NCBI GenBank assembly: GCA_963785825.1
Contig: CAWAWQ010000002.1
Coordinates: 242,192 to 306,191 of the forward strand
Direction of reading: 5' to 3'
Length of the DNA: 64,000 nt
From: an uncultured Acidobacteriaceae bacterium
GTDB lineage: Bacteria; Acidobacteriota; Terriglobia; Terriglobales; Acidobacteriaceae
Both the position numbers and the translations under genes were made by a program. Position 1 is the first letter of the stretch. Each line of letters opens with the position of its first letter. The notes under the pieces are model-generated. The model saw only the letters and a list, made by a program, of their open reading frames with translations, was not told the DNA's origin and did no database searches. Positions 63,734 through 64,000 of the stretch are shown piece after piece.

Positions 63734-64000
63734 TCTACAAACGTTCTCCGTATGTATTGGGGATCTAGCGACGAACCGACGCGGGTGCGATGAAATGATG
63801 CGAAACTCGATTATATGGGTCCGAGGTGTCGATCTGAAGCGAATCGCCGTATAAACACAGGGGGAAATCGACTTACTACTTGTGGAACACGGGCCTTAGT
63901 TCCTGCGGACTAAGACCGCCGCCTGTCAACAGAGTTGTTGATGCGTGGCCGCTGAGCTCTCGGAAAATACCCACGCGAACAAAATCGGGCTGTGGTGGCA

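Overview
High-GC bacterial chromosomal segment. Gene content and the dense intergenic repeat families suggest Acidobacteriota (Terriglobia-like), but that is inference only. Most of the window is core metabolism. It holds a 5'-partial CCA/poly(A)-polymerase-family gene with a histone-H1-like tail, trpD, a Sua5/TsaC gene, a GH31 glycosidase, proC, a CoA-transferase/ptb/buk cluster, and a lysC-hom-thrC-thrB operon with a leader and attenuator. It also holds an MdtNOP-like efflux operon (OMF-ytcA-HlyD-FUSC), initiator tRNA-Met, atpZ-atpI-atpB-atpE, an ABC-2 transporter, and a long minus-strand nuo operon (A,C,D,E,F,G,H,J,K,L,M,N). The 3' end carries thiS, a VOC protein, yebC, M28 and M20 peptidases, a TonB-C protein and a ypdA-like reductase. 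The most unusual locus is a two-gene minus-strand operon at 9636-14618. It encodes an 1184-aa signal-less protein that fuses an S8 subtilase to a thermolysin-like HExxH metalloprotease, followed 12 nt later by an MBL-fold hydrolase with a basic tail. It sits in an accessory-looking island bounded by MITE-like repeats, and I cannot assign it to any named system. Other notable points: (1) one ISNCY/IS1202-like IS with 20-bp direct repeats sits directly upstream of the thr promoter; (2) the nuo cluster has no nuoB and no nuoI; (3) the nuoM C-terminus reads through MITE-derived sequence; (4) at least three MITE families occur, one of them nested with TIRs and a target duplication; (5) heptanucleotide tandem arrays abut start and stop codons at many loci. 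No rRNA genes, CRISPR arrays or cas genes were seen.
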